From assembly GCA_016927245.1 (NCBI GenBank), contig JAFGNA010000017.1, positions 17,242 through 81,241 of the forward strand: 64,000 nt of DNA, given 5' to 3'. Below, piece after piece: positions 29,457-38,610 of the stretch. Origin of the DNA: Candidatus Woesearchaeota archaeon (GTDB lineage Archaea; Nanobdellota; Nanobdellia; Woesearchaeales; WJKR01). The translations under genes were made by a program, and so were the position numbers. The notes beneath the pieces are model-generated. The model was not told where the DNA came from. It worked only from the letters and a program-made list of their open reading frames with translations, and ran no database searches. Each line of letters opens with the position of its first letter. The first letter of the stretch is position 1.

Positions 29457-31673
29457 ATGCACGGGAAGAAGAAAGCTCAGATAGCGACGGAGTACTTCAC
29501 CACCTATGTGTACGCGGGCGTAGCGATCGTCGCGGTCGTCGGCGCGCTCGCGTACTTCGGCGCATTCGACAAGGGAGCGTACACCAAGGAGTCCTGCGAG
29601 TCAGGCAACCAGATAGACTGCCGCGGAGCGCTCATCACCACCGAAGGTCGCCTCAGCGTCATGATCGAGAACAAGCTCGGTCGCCCCGTCACCATCACCG
29701 AGGCCGTCGCGCAGCACGACGGGCAGCAGTACCGCCACGCAGGCGACGACATCACCCTGTTGCCGAACGAGAACGCTGACATCACGTTCACCACGAACCG
29801 CCTGTTCAAGGAGAACAGCAAGGAATCCTTCACCTACAACATCACTTTCAAGCCGTATGGGAGCCCGAATGACTACACCGTGCACGGCAGCGCCGTCACC
29901 AAGGTTGAGCTGGCGAGCCTCGTCACGTCAGAGTGCGGCAACAGCGTCGCCGAGGCTTACGAGGCTTGCGACGGCACTGACTTCAAGAGCAAGACTTGTA
30001 GTGACATGAGAGTGGTGCAAGGCAACAATATCATCTATCCCTATGTCGGCGCCGGCCTCAGGTGCGTCAACGAGTGCACTAAGATAGACGCCTCTGAGTG
30101 CGACCTCAACACGGACGTGTGCGCGCAGGAGAACTGGCGGGTGGACGGCTGGGCGCAGGGCGTGTATTGCTGCCAGGAGGAGTACGGCTGGCACGTCGTC
30201 GACCTCGCGTACGCGGACAGCGTCTCCTCGTATTTCAGCGGCACCAGCTCCGGGCCTGTGTGCTGCGCGCTCAATCATAACTGCGCGTACAACGGCGCTT
30301 GCTACGATGACGGTGAGGGTCTCGACATCGACAATGACGGCACGAACGATGCGTGGTGCTGGGAGGGGACCGTCACGGATGAGTATGAGTGGGTGGCGTG
30401 CGGCACCGACCAGCATTGCAGCGCGGCAGGGGCTGGGTTTGTCTGCGCGGGTGACGCGGCGACGGGCAAGACGTGCCAGCAGGGAGAGCAACCAGGCTGC
30501 GCCGAGGATGATGACTGCGACGGCTACCCGTTCGAGACGTGCGAGTTGGGCGGCTGCGAGCCGGTGTGCGATGATCATCACTATGCTACGCTCCTCTCCA
30601 TCGGCCCGAGCATAGAAGGTTTGCACGGCGAGGACTTCGACGCTCCTGAGTACGTCGCTTGCTGCTACGAAGAAGGCCGCTGCGCCGTCATCCATGACCC
30701 AGGCTATCCGAGCTATGAATGCGCGCCTTCAGGCACCGCGTACGTTCTCCCGCAAACGGGCGAGCCAGAGTATTGCCTGGACGGCACCTGGGTGGATTGC
30801 GGTGACGATTCTCACTGCCCGAGCGGTCAGGGCTGCGACCCCGACACGCATAACTGCGTGGGTTGCCTCACCGTGGACGACTTCTCCGAGTACGAGTGCG
30901 GCACGTGGCCCGATGGGTGCGGCGGGTACGTGATCAAGGAGTGCTACGCCGGCGAGTGCGACGCTAACGAGTGCTTCATCCCGCCCGAGGACTTCCAGGG
31001 AGCGTACTCGTTCGATATACCAGGTGATGATACTGGCAACATCGAGGAGTTCGAGATAACGAGCGGCAGCGTCGATGACGGCGCCGGCATCGACGGCGGC
31101 TCCGCGCTGGTGCTGGACGGCGTTGACAGCCACGTCGACCTCGGGAACTGGAGCATCGAGGGCGATGAAATCACCCTCGCGGCTTGGGTTAAGCTTGACT
31201 ATTACCCTTTCAACGAGGTTGGTGAGCCGGAAGACCCGCGTGTCATCAGCAAAGGGCCGCATCGCAACTACCAGAACTGGGCGTTGCTCGTGCAACGAAA
31301 CAAATACCCTGAGTTCCGCATCGGCGGCCCTTCCGGGAGCTATCCGCCACAGGACATCAACCAGGTCAACCCCTCTAACATGTATGATTGGAGGAATTCA
31401 AGCATTGACTGGGAGATCGACACCGGTAGATGGTACCACCTCGCCGGCACGTATGACGGCGCCACGATGAAGCTGTACCTCAACGGGAGCCTGCTCGCGA
31501 GGAACGCCTACAGCGGCACGCTCCGGGTGGATGAACTGCACCCCGTGTGGATCGGCGGGCAGCCCGTTGATGCGACGGAGCGAGAATGGCCTGGCGTCAT
31601 CGACGAGCTGTACATCCTGAACCGCGCCTTGACCGCTGACGAGATAAGGCTGCTGTATGAGAGCATGGTCTGA
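29457..31673 (+). CDS. large pilin-like adhesin with Cys-rich repeats and C-terminal LamG domain
   Basis: KKAQ/IATEYF class III signal; many Cys repeats; WYHLAGTYDG..MKLYLNG...IDEL.I.NRAL LamG pattern. Confidence 0.85.
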   Translation: MHGKKKAQIATEYFTTYVYAGVAIVAVVGALAYFGAFDKGAYTKESCESGNQIDCRGALITTEGRLSVMIENKLGRPVTITEAVAQHDGQQYRHAGDDITLLPNENADITFTTNRLFKENSKESFTYNITFKPYGSPNDYTVHGSAVTKVELASLVTSECGNSVAEAYEACDGTDFKSKTCSDMRVVQGNNIIYPYVGAGLRCVNECTKIDASECDLNTDVCAQENWRVDGWAQGVYCCQEEYGWHVVDLAYADSVSSYFSGTSSGPVCCALNHNCAYNGACYDDGEGLDIDNDGTNDAWCWEGTVTDEYEWVACGTDQHCSAAGAGFVCAGDAATGKTCQQGEQPGCAEDDDCDGYPFETCELGGCEPVCDDHHYATLLSIGPSIEGLHGEDFDAPEYVACCYEEGRCAVIHDPGYPSYECAPSGTAYVLPQTGEPEYCLDGTWVDCGDDSHCPSGQGCDPDTHNCVGCLTVDDFSEYECGTWPDGCGGYVIKECYAGECDANECFIPPEDFQGAYSFDIPGDDTGNIEEFEITSGSVDDGAGIDGGSALVLDGVDSHVDLGNWSIEGDEITLAAWVKLDYYPFNEVGEPEDPRVISKGPHRNYQNWALLVQRNKYPEFRIGGPSGSYPPQDINQVNPSNMYDWRNSSIDWEIDTGRWYHLAGTYDGATMKLYLNGSLLARNAYSGTLRVDELHPVWIGGQPVDATEREWPGVIDELYILNRALTADEIRLLYESMV

Positions 31674-32663
31674 TCAGCGTTCCGCGTCGACATCATCGGT
31701 GCGCTCGTACGGCCTGATGTCTGCCTCTTCGGGCGTGAGGGTCATGCCTTGTTCGTGGAGGAGGAGCCCGTTCCAGGCGATCATGGCCGCGTTGTCCACG
31801 AGGTACTCGTTCGGGGGGGCGTAGCTCTTCCCTCCTCGCTCTTCTGCCATGACGCGGCACATCTCTTGCAGTCGCTGGTTGCACGCCACGCCGCCGCCGA
31901 GCACTAACTCTTGTTTGCCGCAGTGCGCCATGGCTCGCTCCGCGACCTCGACGAGCATGGCGAACACGGTCTCTTGGACGGAGAAGCAGAGCTGCTCGGG
32001 CGGATGCTTCTCTGAGCGTATCATGGCTTTGAGCTTGGTGAGGAGGCCGCCGAACGAGACGTCCATGCCTTTGACCGAGTAGGGGAGCCTGAGCAGTTCG
32101 GCGCCTTGTTCTGCTCCTTTCTTCGCGAGCCTCTCTATCGCCGGCCCGGCGGGGAATCCGAGGCTGAGGGCGCGGCCGAAGCCGTCGAGGAAGTTGCCGA
32201 CCCCTATGTCTAGTGTTTCGCCGAACACCCGGTATCTTCCTGCTTCGTACGCGATGACTTGGGTGTTCGCGCCTGACGCGTACAGCAAGACCGGGTCTTT
32301 CGCCGGTGTCAACAATCTTCCTATCTCGAGGTGGGCGACGCAGTGGTTCACTCCTGCTAGGGGTTTCTTGAGCAACAATGCCAGGCTCTTCGCCATGGCC
32401 GCCCCGACGCGCAGGGTGTGTCCTAGGCCTGGTCCGCGGGCGTAGGCGATGAGGTCTATTTGTGCGGGGGTGATGCCTGCTTTGTTCAGCGCCGCTCTGA
32501 GGACGTGGTCGCAGTGCTCGACGTGGTGGTCTGCTACCTTGGCAGGGACCATGCCGCCAGTGGGGGTGGTGAACGATCGTTTCTCGTTCGCCAGGACTTC
32601 TTGGTCTTTGAGGATGGCGACGCCGTAGGTGTGCGCGGTGCTCTCGATGCCGAGGATGATCAT
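31674..32663 (-). CDS. kae1: t6A threonylcarbamoyltransferase Kae1
   Basis: GIESTAHT, HCVAHLEIG, SGANTQ, GETLD, DNAAMIA. Confidence 0.96.
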   Translation of the reverse strand: MIILGIESTAHTYGVAILKDQEVLANEKRSFTTPTGGMVPAKVADHHVEHCDHVLRAALNKAGITPAQIDLIAYARGPGLGHTLRVGAAMAKSLALLLKKPLAGVNHCVAHLEIGRLLTPAKDPVLLYASGANTQVIAYEAGRYRVFGETLDIGVGNFLDGFGRALSLGFPAGPAIERLAKKGAEQGAELLRLPYSVKGMDVSFGGLLTKLKAMIRSEKHPPEQLCFSVQETVFAMLVEVAERAMAHCGKQELVLGGGVACNQRLQEMCRVMAEERGGKSYAPPNEYLVDNAAMIAWNGLLLHEQGMTLTPEEADIRPYERTDDVDAER

Positions 32664-32697
32664 CTCGTCGCGGGAGGCGAGCGGCGCTTATAAATGT

Positions 32698-33183
32698 TTA
32701 GCGGGTGCGCGGCATCTCTTGCAGGATGACTTCCTCGAAGCCTGGGCGGTGGCTGAGGAATGCTTCTCTGAGCACGTCCTTGAGGACGAAGTATTCCTGT
32801 CGCTCCTCCACTTGCCGCTTGCCTGCCTCTTCGAAGAACTGGTCGAGGTCTCCTAGCCCGGTGAATACTGCCTCGACGAGGTAGTCGTAGCCGTTGTTGA
32901 TCCTGAAGACAGAGTTCACGCGCGGGTGGTTGAGGAGGAATCGTTGGAATTCCTCTCGGCCGTCCTTGGCGACCTTGAAGAGGATGTGCGTCTTGAGGTC
33001 GAACCCGAGCTTTCGGAAGTCGAGGAGTGAGGTGTGCTTCTCGATGTAGTCCCCTTCGTACTGTCGCAGCTTGTCGAAGATCGTGGAGACGGGTATGTTC
33101 GTCTTCCGGCTAATCCTGGTCAGCGATTCCCGGGCGTTGCGCCGGAAATGGCTGAGCAGCAGCAGTTCCTTCTCGCGGTCCAT
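32698..33183 (-). CDS. Lrp/AsnC family regulator
   Basis: NARESLT.IS....IPVSTI HTH; LDFRKLGF; RAM-like C-terminus. Confidence 0.88.
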   Translation of the reverse strand: MDREKELLLLSHFRRNARESLTRISRKTNIPVSTIFDKLRQYEGDYIEKHTSLLDFRKLGFDLKTHILFKVAKDGREEFQRFLLNHPRVNSVFRINNGYDYLVEAVFTGLGDLDQFFEEAGKRQVEERQEYFVLKDVLREAFLSHRPGFEEVILQEMPRTR

Positions 33184-33262
33184 GGTATCCCTCCGCCCAT
33201 GATTGGACTGTGGGGTGTGGTGGTCGTCCGCTAAAAATGTTGGTTGTGCTGTTCTGTTGAAC

Positions 33263-33284
33263 GGTTCAGTGGTTTCCCTGAACC
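33263..33284. promoter_or_regulatory. palindromic operator candidate upstream of the Lrp gene
   Basis: GGTTCAG-N8-CTGAACC; weaker TTCAG-N5-CTGAA at 33340-33354. Confidence 0.35.
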
Positions 33285-33458
33285 AGCGCTTTGTGGGGTT
33301 GGTGGTTGCCGGGAGAATTGCTCTGCTGCGGGCCGGCTGTTCAGCGACCCTGAAACAACACCAAAAAACACATTCTTATACCACTATTAAGTGACTAATT
33401 GATGGGTTGTGTGATGCGGAGCGCAAAATCTTAAATACTCACGTTCCTACGAACCCGC

Positions 33459-34814
33459 ATGAAATGGTCGCTAGGCATCGCCGGCATCATCCTAGCAGGC
33501 ATCTTGCTCTCGCTAGCGATCGCAGACCCACCAACCGCCCCTCAGGCACCAGGCACACCCCCATTCGCGAGCTGCACGCCATCAGACGAGGTGTGCGACG
33601 GCAAGGACAATGATTGTGACGGCCTCATCGACGCCGAGGACCCTGACTACACAGCGTTGCTCGCTGACAAGCAGGATGGCGTGTGCGAAGGGGCGGTGAA
33701 GTACTGCATCGCCGGCACCGCGATCGAGCCTGACTACGCCGCGTACAACAACAGCTACGAGGAGAAAGAAGAGTCGTGCAGTGACGGCAAGGATAACGAT
33801 TGCGACGGCTACGTCGACGATGACGACTATAACTGCAGGAGCTCCGGCGGGGGCGGAGGCGGCGGAACCTATACGCCACCGAACCAAGAGGATGAAGAAG
33901 ACGGGGGAGAGGAAGAGCAGGCGGCGCAAGTCACGGATGCTGCGTTGAACTGGACGTACACGTACACCATTGCGAGCACGTCCATCAATGAGTCAGGATT
34001 CTCCATCAAGCAATTGTTCGGCTCCCTGCCGCAGAACGAAGTCCCAGAGAACTCCTCACTCCACAAGGATGGCTCACTCACTGGCGCCCCTGAGGGGTAC
34101 GACGTGTACCAGTCATTCTCCTTCAGCGACGCTGCCCGGAGCACGGTGTTCGAGGAGCTCTTCGTCGTCTTCGGCGTTCCTGAGGCGTGGCTCGCCGAGC
34201 ACGGCGCCGAGCAGGGGAACGTGACCGTGCTGTACCGTTCCCATGATGAGTGGGTTGCGGGCACGACGAGCTACCTGGAGGACGAGGGCCTGTACCAAGC
34301 AGTCCTGGTGAACGCGCCGCTCGACCAGCTCTTGGTCGCCGCTGCCCGGCCCGCCGCCAACGGATCACTCGAGAAGGAGCAGGAACCAGCAGGCAACACT
34401 ACAGGTATCGAAGAGGAAGGGCCTTCCCCTAACGTTCGGATTCCGCCTGCGCTCATCGCCCTCATCATCGTCGTCGTGCTCGGCGGGAGCGTCGGGGGGT
34501 TCTTCGTCGCGAGGAATAGGAAGCACGGCACGGCACGGCTCGGTGAGGGAGTGGTCCCTCTCGAGACCGGCCCTTCAGCGCTTGGTGGCGGCCACCCCTC
34601 GCCGGTCGTCACGGGGCAGTCATCCTCGCTTGCCAAGCCTGTTATCCCTGCGACGGCGGCTGATAACCCTCGTCTGCGCGAATTCATCAAGAGGAAGCGC
34701 GCAGAGGGAGTTCCTGACAAGGCTATCAGGGAGAGGCTACTCGCCGTCGGGTGGCAGCCCTCAGTGGTGGACCAGCACTTGAGCAAGGACTCATCATTGG
34801 TTCAGCAGCCCTGA
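33459..34814 (+). CDS. surface protein with two putative metal-binding (MopE-related) repeats and TM anchor
   Basis: Signal peptide; E.CDGKDNDCDG.ID-type motif twice; Gly-rich linker; TM segment; C-terminal IRERLLAVGW. Confidence 0.82.
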   Translation: MKWSLGIAGIILAGILLSLAIADPPTAPQAPGTPPFASCTPSDEVCDGKDNDCDGLIDAEDPDYTALLADKQDGVCEGAVKYCIAGTAIEPDYAAYNNSYEEKEESCSDGKDNDCDGYVDDDDYNCRSSGGGGGGGTYTPPNQEDEEDGGEEEQAAQVTDAALNWTYTYTIASTSINESGFSIKQLFGSLPQNEVPENSSLHKDGSLTGAPEGYDVYQSFSFSDAARSTVFEELFVVFGVPEAWLAEHGAEQGNVTVLYRSHDEWVAGTTSYLEDEGLYQAVLVNAPLDQLLVAAARPAANGSLEKEQEPAGNTTGIEEEGPSPNVRIPPALIALIIVVVLGGSVGGFFVARNRKHGTARLGEGVVPLETGPSALGGGHPSPVVTGQSSSLAKPVIPATAADNPRLREFIKRKRAEGVPDKAIRERLLAVGWQPSVVDQHLSKDSSLVQQP

Positions 34815-34856
34815 AACAAAACATATTTATAAGTGCGTCACTTCTCAGTGGCAAAG

Positions 34857-36446
34857 ATGGCGGATGTCGGTGAGCAGTTACGGGAATTCTTCCACCAACA
34901 CCCCTACGCGGAGCACGCCACGTCAGAGATCATCAAAGCAGTCTACCCCGATGAGTACGGGCGGATCAAGGCGGCGCTGCACGACCCCTTGACGGACCGG
35001 GAGTCACGGCTCGTCGCGAAGCGGCACAAAGGACAGCTCCACCGCAGAATCCTCTACCATCTCAACCGGCTCGAGGCCGAAGGCGTCATCGCGGTCAGCC
35101 AGACGAAGGGGAAAGGCGAGAAGTGCTACGTGCTCAACCAACAGCAGGGACGCAAGCCTCAGCACCAGCGCATCCCGCACGCGCCCATGGGGCAGCCGCT
35201 CCTCAGGCTCGAGCACTACGTGCAGCGACGCGTCATCACCAGCTACGACCCTCGAGGGTGGCATAGCCGGCTGAACGCCGTGCTCCTCGACACCGTCGAG
35301 GAGGACACGGTAGAGAGCCTCCACGCGAGGATTGCCTCTGTCAGCAAGCACGTCAACGACGTCATCGGCATCTACGCCGCCGAACAGCTCTTGGTCAAGG
35401 AAGACCTCGACCGGCTGAGCAAGCTGCTCAGGCAACTGGACATCGACACCCGCGATAATGAGCGGTCAGTATGCCTTCTCATCGACCTCACCAAAGTATC
35501 GGAACTGAAGTACACCGAGGACTTCTTCGACGCTTTCGCCTTGCTCAACCCGGCGAACGTCAAGGTCGTGCTGTGCATCACCAAGAAGTTCCTCGACCGG
35601 CACCAGCGCTTGATGAAGCACATCATCAGGCGCTGCAGCGAGGCGAGCATCAAGCTCAACCTGCATGACCTCGACGTGCACGAAGCGCCAATCATCGTCG
35701 GCAACGCAGGCGTGTACACCTTGCAGAAAGAGGAGTGGCGGACCTACTTGGACGAGGTCAGGGGGAAGACCATCGGGATCTGCGTGGGGCAGGTCAGCGT
35801 CGGCGTCGACGTGCATCGATTCTTCCAAGAGCGAAGGACTGACAAGGAGTTCAGGCAGTTCATCCTCAAGCTCGGCCAAGCATTAGTGGAGAGCAGCACC
35901 GAGCAGCGCAAGCGAGCGGACGCGGTGTTCGCGGACATCAACCGGTTGAACAAGAAGCCGCACGAGTTCTTCCGGTTCAGCACGAGCTATATCAGGTTGT
36001 GGAACTATGACTGGCAGGAGCGGGAGCGACCGCACTTCATCGACCTCCTCTCGACAGCCGCGGAGGAGCTCGCCGAGTTCTGCCGCGCGGAAGAGACTAT
36101 TTTCAAGAGCTGCGGCATCCCCATCAGGTTCAAGGCGACCCTGGCGAGCATGTTCTCCAAGTTCGACCCTTCCTTCTGCTCTGAGCGCAGGTACAGCAAG
36201 GTCACCGTGCTGCACTCCCGGACGTTGCAAGATGAGGAGATGCGCAGCTTCATCAAGGCGCGGGAGCGCATCTTCAAGCTGTTCGACAGCAACGACCGCA
36301 TCAGGATATTCAGGGCGACGCCGTGCGAGCCGGATGACGTCTTGGAGGAGATCAAAGAGATACTCAAGCAGCACGACATCCCTAACCTCACCTATGACTT
36401 CGCGGAGCGGAAGGCGGACATGACCCTCAGCCAGTTCATGACGTGA
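34857..36446 (+). CDS. hypothetical protein with N-terminal winged-HTH-like domain
   Basis: RRILYHLNRLEAEGVI.V...KGKGEKCY.L resembles a recognition helix plus wing; remainder unassigned. Confidence 0.8.
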   Translation: MADVGEQLREFFHQHPYAEHATSEIIKAVYPDEYGRIKAALHDPLTDRESRLVAKRHKGQLHRRILYHLNRLEAEGVIAVSQTKGKGEKCYVLNQQQGRKPQHQRIPHAPMGQPLLRLEHYVQRRVITSYDPRGWHSRLNAVLLDTVEEDTVESLHARIASVSKHVNDVIGIYAAEQLLVKEDLDRLSKLLRQLDIDTRDNERSVCLLIDLTKVSELKYTEDFFDAFALLNPANVKVVLCITKKFLDRHQRLMKHIIRRCSEASIKLNLHDLDVHEAPIIVGNAGVYTLQKEEWRTYLDEVRGKTIGICVGQVSVGVDVHRFFQERRTDKEFRQFILKLGQALVESSTEQRKRADAVFADINRLNKKPHEFFRFSTSYIRLWNYDWQERERPHFIDLLSTAAEELAEFCRAEETIFKSCGIPIRFKATLASMFSKFDPSFCSERRYSKVTVLHSRTLQDEEMRSFIKARERIFKLFDSNDRIRIFRATPCEPDDVLEEIKEILKQHDIPNLTYDFAERKADMTLSQFMT

Positions 36447-36451
36447 TAACC

Positions 36452-37102
36452 ATGGAGCTCTCCTTACCGACAGCGATGGACGCGTGGAAGGCCGCGTTGA
36501 GCCACATCCTCGACTACGGAGAGAACTTCACCGATGATGATGGCAGGACGTGCCGCGAGGTGCTGAACCTCTCCGTGACTATCAAGCACCCTGACGTCGG
36601 GCTAGACGACCCCATCGACCGCATTAGGAAGAACGAGCGGTGGGTGTACCCGCCGAAGGATGAGCTGATCGGGATCATCTTCAACCAGTGGGACTTGCCC
36701 TTGTATGATTACACGTACGGCAGCAGAATCTTCGGCTACCAGGAAGTGTTCGACCAGATCAACGAGTACGTCATCCCGTTGCTGCGCAAGAATTCCACGT
36801 CGCGGCGGGCGTTCGCGCTCACCGTTGACCCGCTGAAGGACTTGCACCTCACGAACAGGAACGTGCCCGGCCTGATCAGCCTGCACTTCAAGGTCAAGGA
36901 AGGGAAGCTCTTGCTGACATCAGTGATACGGAGCAACGACTTCTTCATCGGTTGGCCTGCGAACGCGTACCAGCTCGGCTCCTTGCAGAAGTACATCGCT
37001 GACGAGCTCGAGCTCGGCGTAGGGGCGCTCGCCACGTATTCCATCTCCGCGCACGTGTTTGAGGAGCAACTAGAGGACATCCACGAGGTCTTGCAACGAT
37101 GA
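36452..37102 (+). CDS. archaeal-type thymidylate synthase homologue lacking the catalytic Cys
   Basis: YTYGSRI, SRRA, RSND...G.PAN, SAHVF; VPGL where VPC is expected. Confidence 0.85.
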   Translation: MELSLPTAMDAWKAALSHILDYGENFTDDDGRTCREVLNLSVTIKHPDVGLDDPIDRIRKNERWVYPPKDELIGIIFNQWDLPLYDYTYGSRIFGYQEVFDQINEYVIPLLRKNSTSRRAFALTVDPLKDLHLTNRNVPGLISLHFKVKEGKLLLTSVIRSNDFFIGWPANAYQLGSLQKYIADELELGVGALATYSISAHVFEEQLEDIHEVLQR

Positions 37103-37269
37103 ATGATGAGGAGTTGGTGAGGGCGTACGAGGAGGAGCTCAAAAGGAAGGATGAGGTCATCGAGCGGCTGCGCGAGGAGAACGAGGTGCTGTTGCGCGCC
37201 TCGGTGAAGGCGGCGAAGGAGCGCTTGGAGCTCAAGGAGCTGTTGCGCGAGCTAGAAGGCAGAAGCTAA
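37099..37269 (+). CDS. 56-aa coiled-coil protein
   Basis: MNDEELVRAYEEELKRKDEVIERLREENEVLL...; ATGA overlap; not in the ORF track. Confidence 0.7.
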   Translation: MNDEELVRAYEEELKRKDEVIERLREENEVLLRASVKAAKERLELKELLRELEGRS

Positions 37270-37412
37270 GAGAATTCTTTCGAGGCGACGATGACGGCTG
37301 CGGAGGCGGCGAGGAGCAAGGATGAGTGGAGGACGCTGGCGAACAGGCCCCAGAGCACGGCGAGGCCTGAGCCCGCGTACAGGACGAACCGGAAGAGCTT
37401 GCCAGCCACCAT
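37266..37412 (-). CDS. 48-aa membrane microprotein
   Basis: MVAGKLFRFVLYAGSGLAVLWGLFASVLHSSLLLAASAAVIVASKEFS; TATAAG upstream. Confidence 0.5.
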   Translation of the reverse strand: MVAGKLFRFVLYAGSGLAVLWGLFASVLHSSLLLAASAAVIVASKEFS

Positions 37413-37591
37413 AGGCAGTCAGGAGGAGAGGATGTTCTTATAGGTTGTGGAATGAGGGAGGATTTTTCGTGCAACACCCCCATTTCCTGGTTTGTGTAAA
37501 ATAAGTGATTTGTGTAATAGCAGTCTATTCTGTGTATCAATGCTTTGTTCAATAACGACTTAGGTTGATTCTCCATGAGGACTTTTTTTCG

Positions 37592-37888
37592 TTAGAATCC
37601 GTATTTCTTATGCGCAGCCTCTATGGAGAGTATTTCTAGTACTCGTACGAGTTTTTCTTTTTCGTCGATGATGTAGAAAGCAGTGTAGGTTCTTCCGATG
37701 TGGATCCTATAGACTTCTTCTCCCGTCACAACCAGCTTTTCTTTGTCACCAATACCCCTTCCCGGATATGGTTGTGAGAGTTTCTGCAAGTTCTTTTTGC
37801 ATATAGAGATGCTTTTTTCGTCTAATGATTGCATGAAATCAACAGCCTCATCAGACAGCAATACGTCATAAGACAATTTTTTACACAT
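37592..37888 (-). CDS. RelE/ParE family toxin
   Basis: YDVLLSDEA..F...L, P.PG.G.GDKEKL, YRIHIGRTYTAFY.ID....V.V. Confidence 0.85.
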   Translation of the reverse strand: MCKKLSYDVLLSDEAVDFMQSLDEKSISICKKNLQKLSQPYPGRGIGDKEKLVVTGEEVYRIHIGRTYTAFYIIDEKEKLVRVLEILSIEAAHKKYGF

Positions 37889-38078
37889 CCTCTAATTTGC
37901 GCCAATTGCCTTTCCCAGCACGAGCGGCCTGAGCAAAACTAGCCAGTTCTCGCCTGTTATGCGCCTGAACGAGTTCGCCAAGGAGCTCATCATAGGTCTG
38001 ACCAGCTTCTTTTATCCGTCCGAGCTGTTTCCATCTGTCTTCCGAGACGGGGATCCGTTTCGTCATCATCTGTGCCAT
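37881..38078 (-). CDS. antitoxin, ribbon-helix-helix-like
   Basis: TKRIPVSE..W..L..IK..GQTYDELL; overlaps the toxin start. Confidence 0.8.
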   Translation of the reverse strand: MAQMMTKRIPVSEDRWKQLGRIKEAGQTYDELLGELVQAHNRRELASFAQAARAGKGNWRKLEDV

Positions 38079-38330
38079 ATTTACAATCAGTACAATATGT
38101 GCATTTATATATTTTGTGATTCCAACGACTGCGTCAATTTGTGTAATAATGAAGAATCCTGTGTAAAATTACCTTAAATTTTTACACAAAGCCCCTCATT
38201 TCCGGCTTTGTGTAAAATATGAGTTTTGTGTAAAAATGACAGATTCTGTGTAAGAATACCACTGGACATGTATCGTAGTAATATTTATAATCTCTTAAAC
38301 CCTTGAATTCTACGATTAGGAGGCTTTACA

Positions 38331-38579
38331 ATGGAAGAGAAGGTAAAACAAGAATTAGCACGCAACGAAGGCTATGTGTTTTTTCTGTCCGATTACGAAG
38401 TGAGACTTGGCTGGAAAGCAGGTAGTGTTATTACCGCAGCATTTTTTAAGAGGCCCAGGGATGACTTTGATAACCACCAACCATTCACGGAAGATGAAGT
38501 CCAACAACTGATAGAAGACCTTAAAGACTTAAGTGACTGGCGACATTATCGCAGGCTTAAGAACAAGCTGAATCAGTAA
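38331..38579 (+). CDS. hypothetical passenger protein
   Basis: AGGAGG SD and TTTATAA TATA upstream. Confidence 0.7.
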   Translation: MEEKVKQELARNEGYVFFLSDYEVRLGWKAGSVITAAFFKRPRDDFDNHQPFTEDEVQQLIEDLKDLSDWRHYRRLKNKLNQ

Positions 38580-38610
38580 TTTAAAAATAGCAGAATCTGT
38601 GCAAAAATGG

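Larger units (their letters stand above)
37488..38193. mobile_element. non-autonomous mini-transposon carrying a toxin-antitoxin pair
   Basis: Left end TGGTTTGTGTAAAAT, right end TTTTACACAAAGCC; flanks CCCCATTTCC / CCTCATTTCC; right end nearly identical to 42809-42884. Confidence 0.8.

Noticed and set aside
37449-37458. Inverted near-copy of the transposon target (GGAATGAGGG)
   Set aside because: It is short and imperfect with no adjacent TIR; it could be chance and is not counted as a third insertion.
37959-38177. 72-aa + strand ORF ending in the transposase C-terminus
   Set aside because: Mostly antisense to the antitoxin; only the last ~18 codons are a transposase remnant within the element end.
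37488-38255. CRISPR array from TGTGTAA repeats
   Set aside because: Repeats are only about 7 bp with 11-13 bp gaps, no cas genes are present, and they are explained as transposon end sites.
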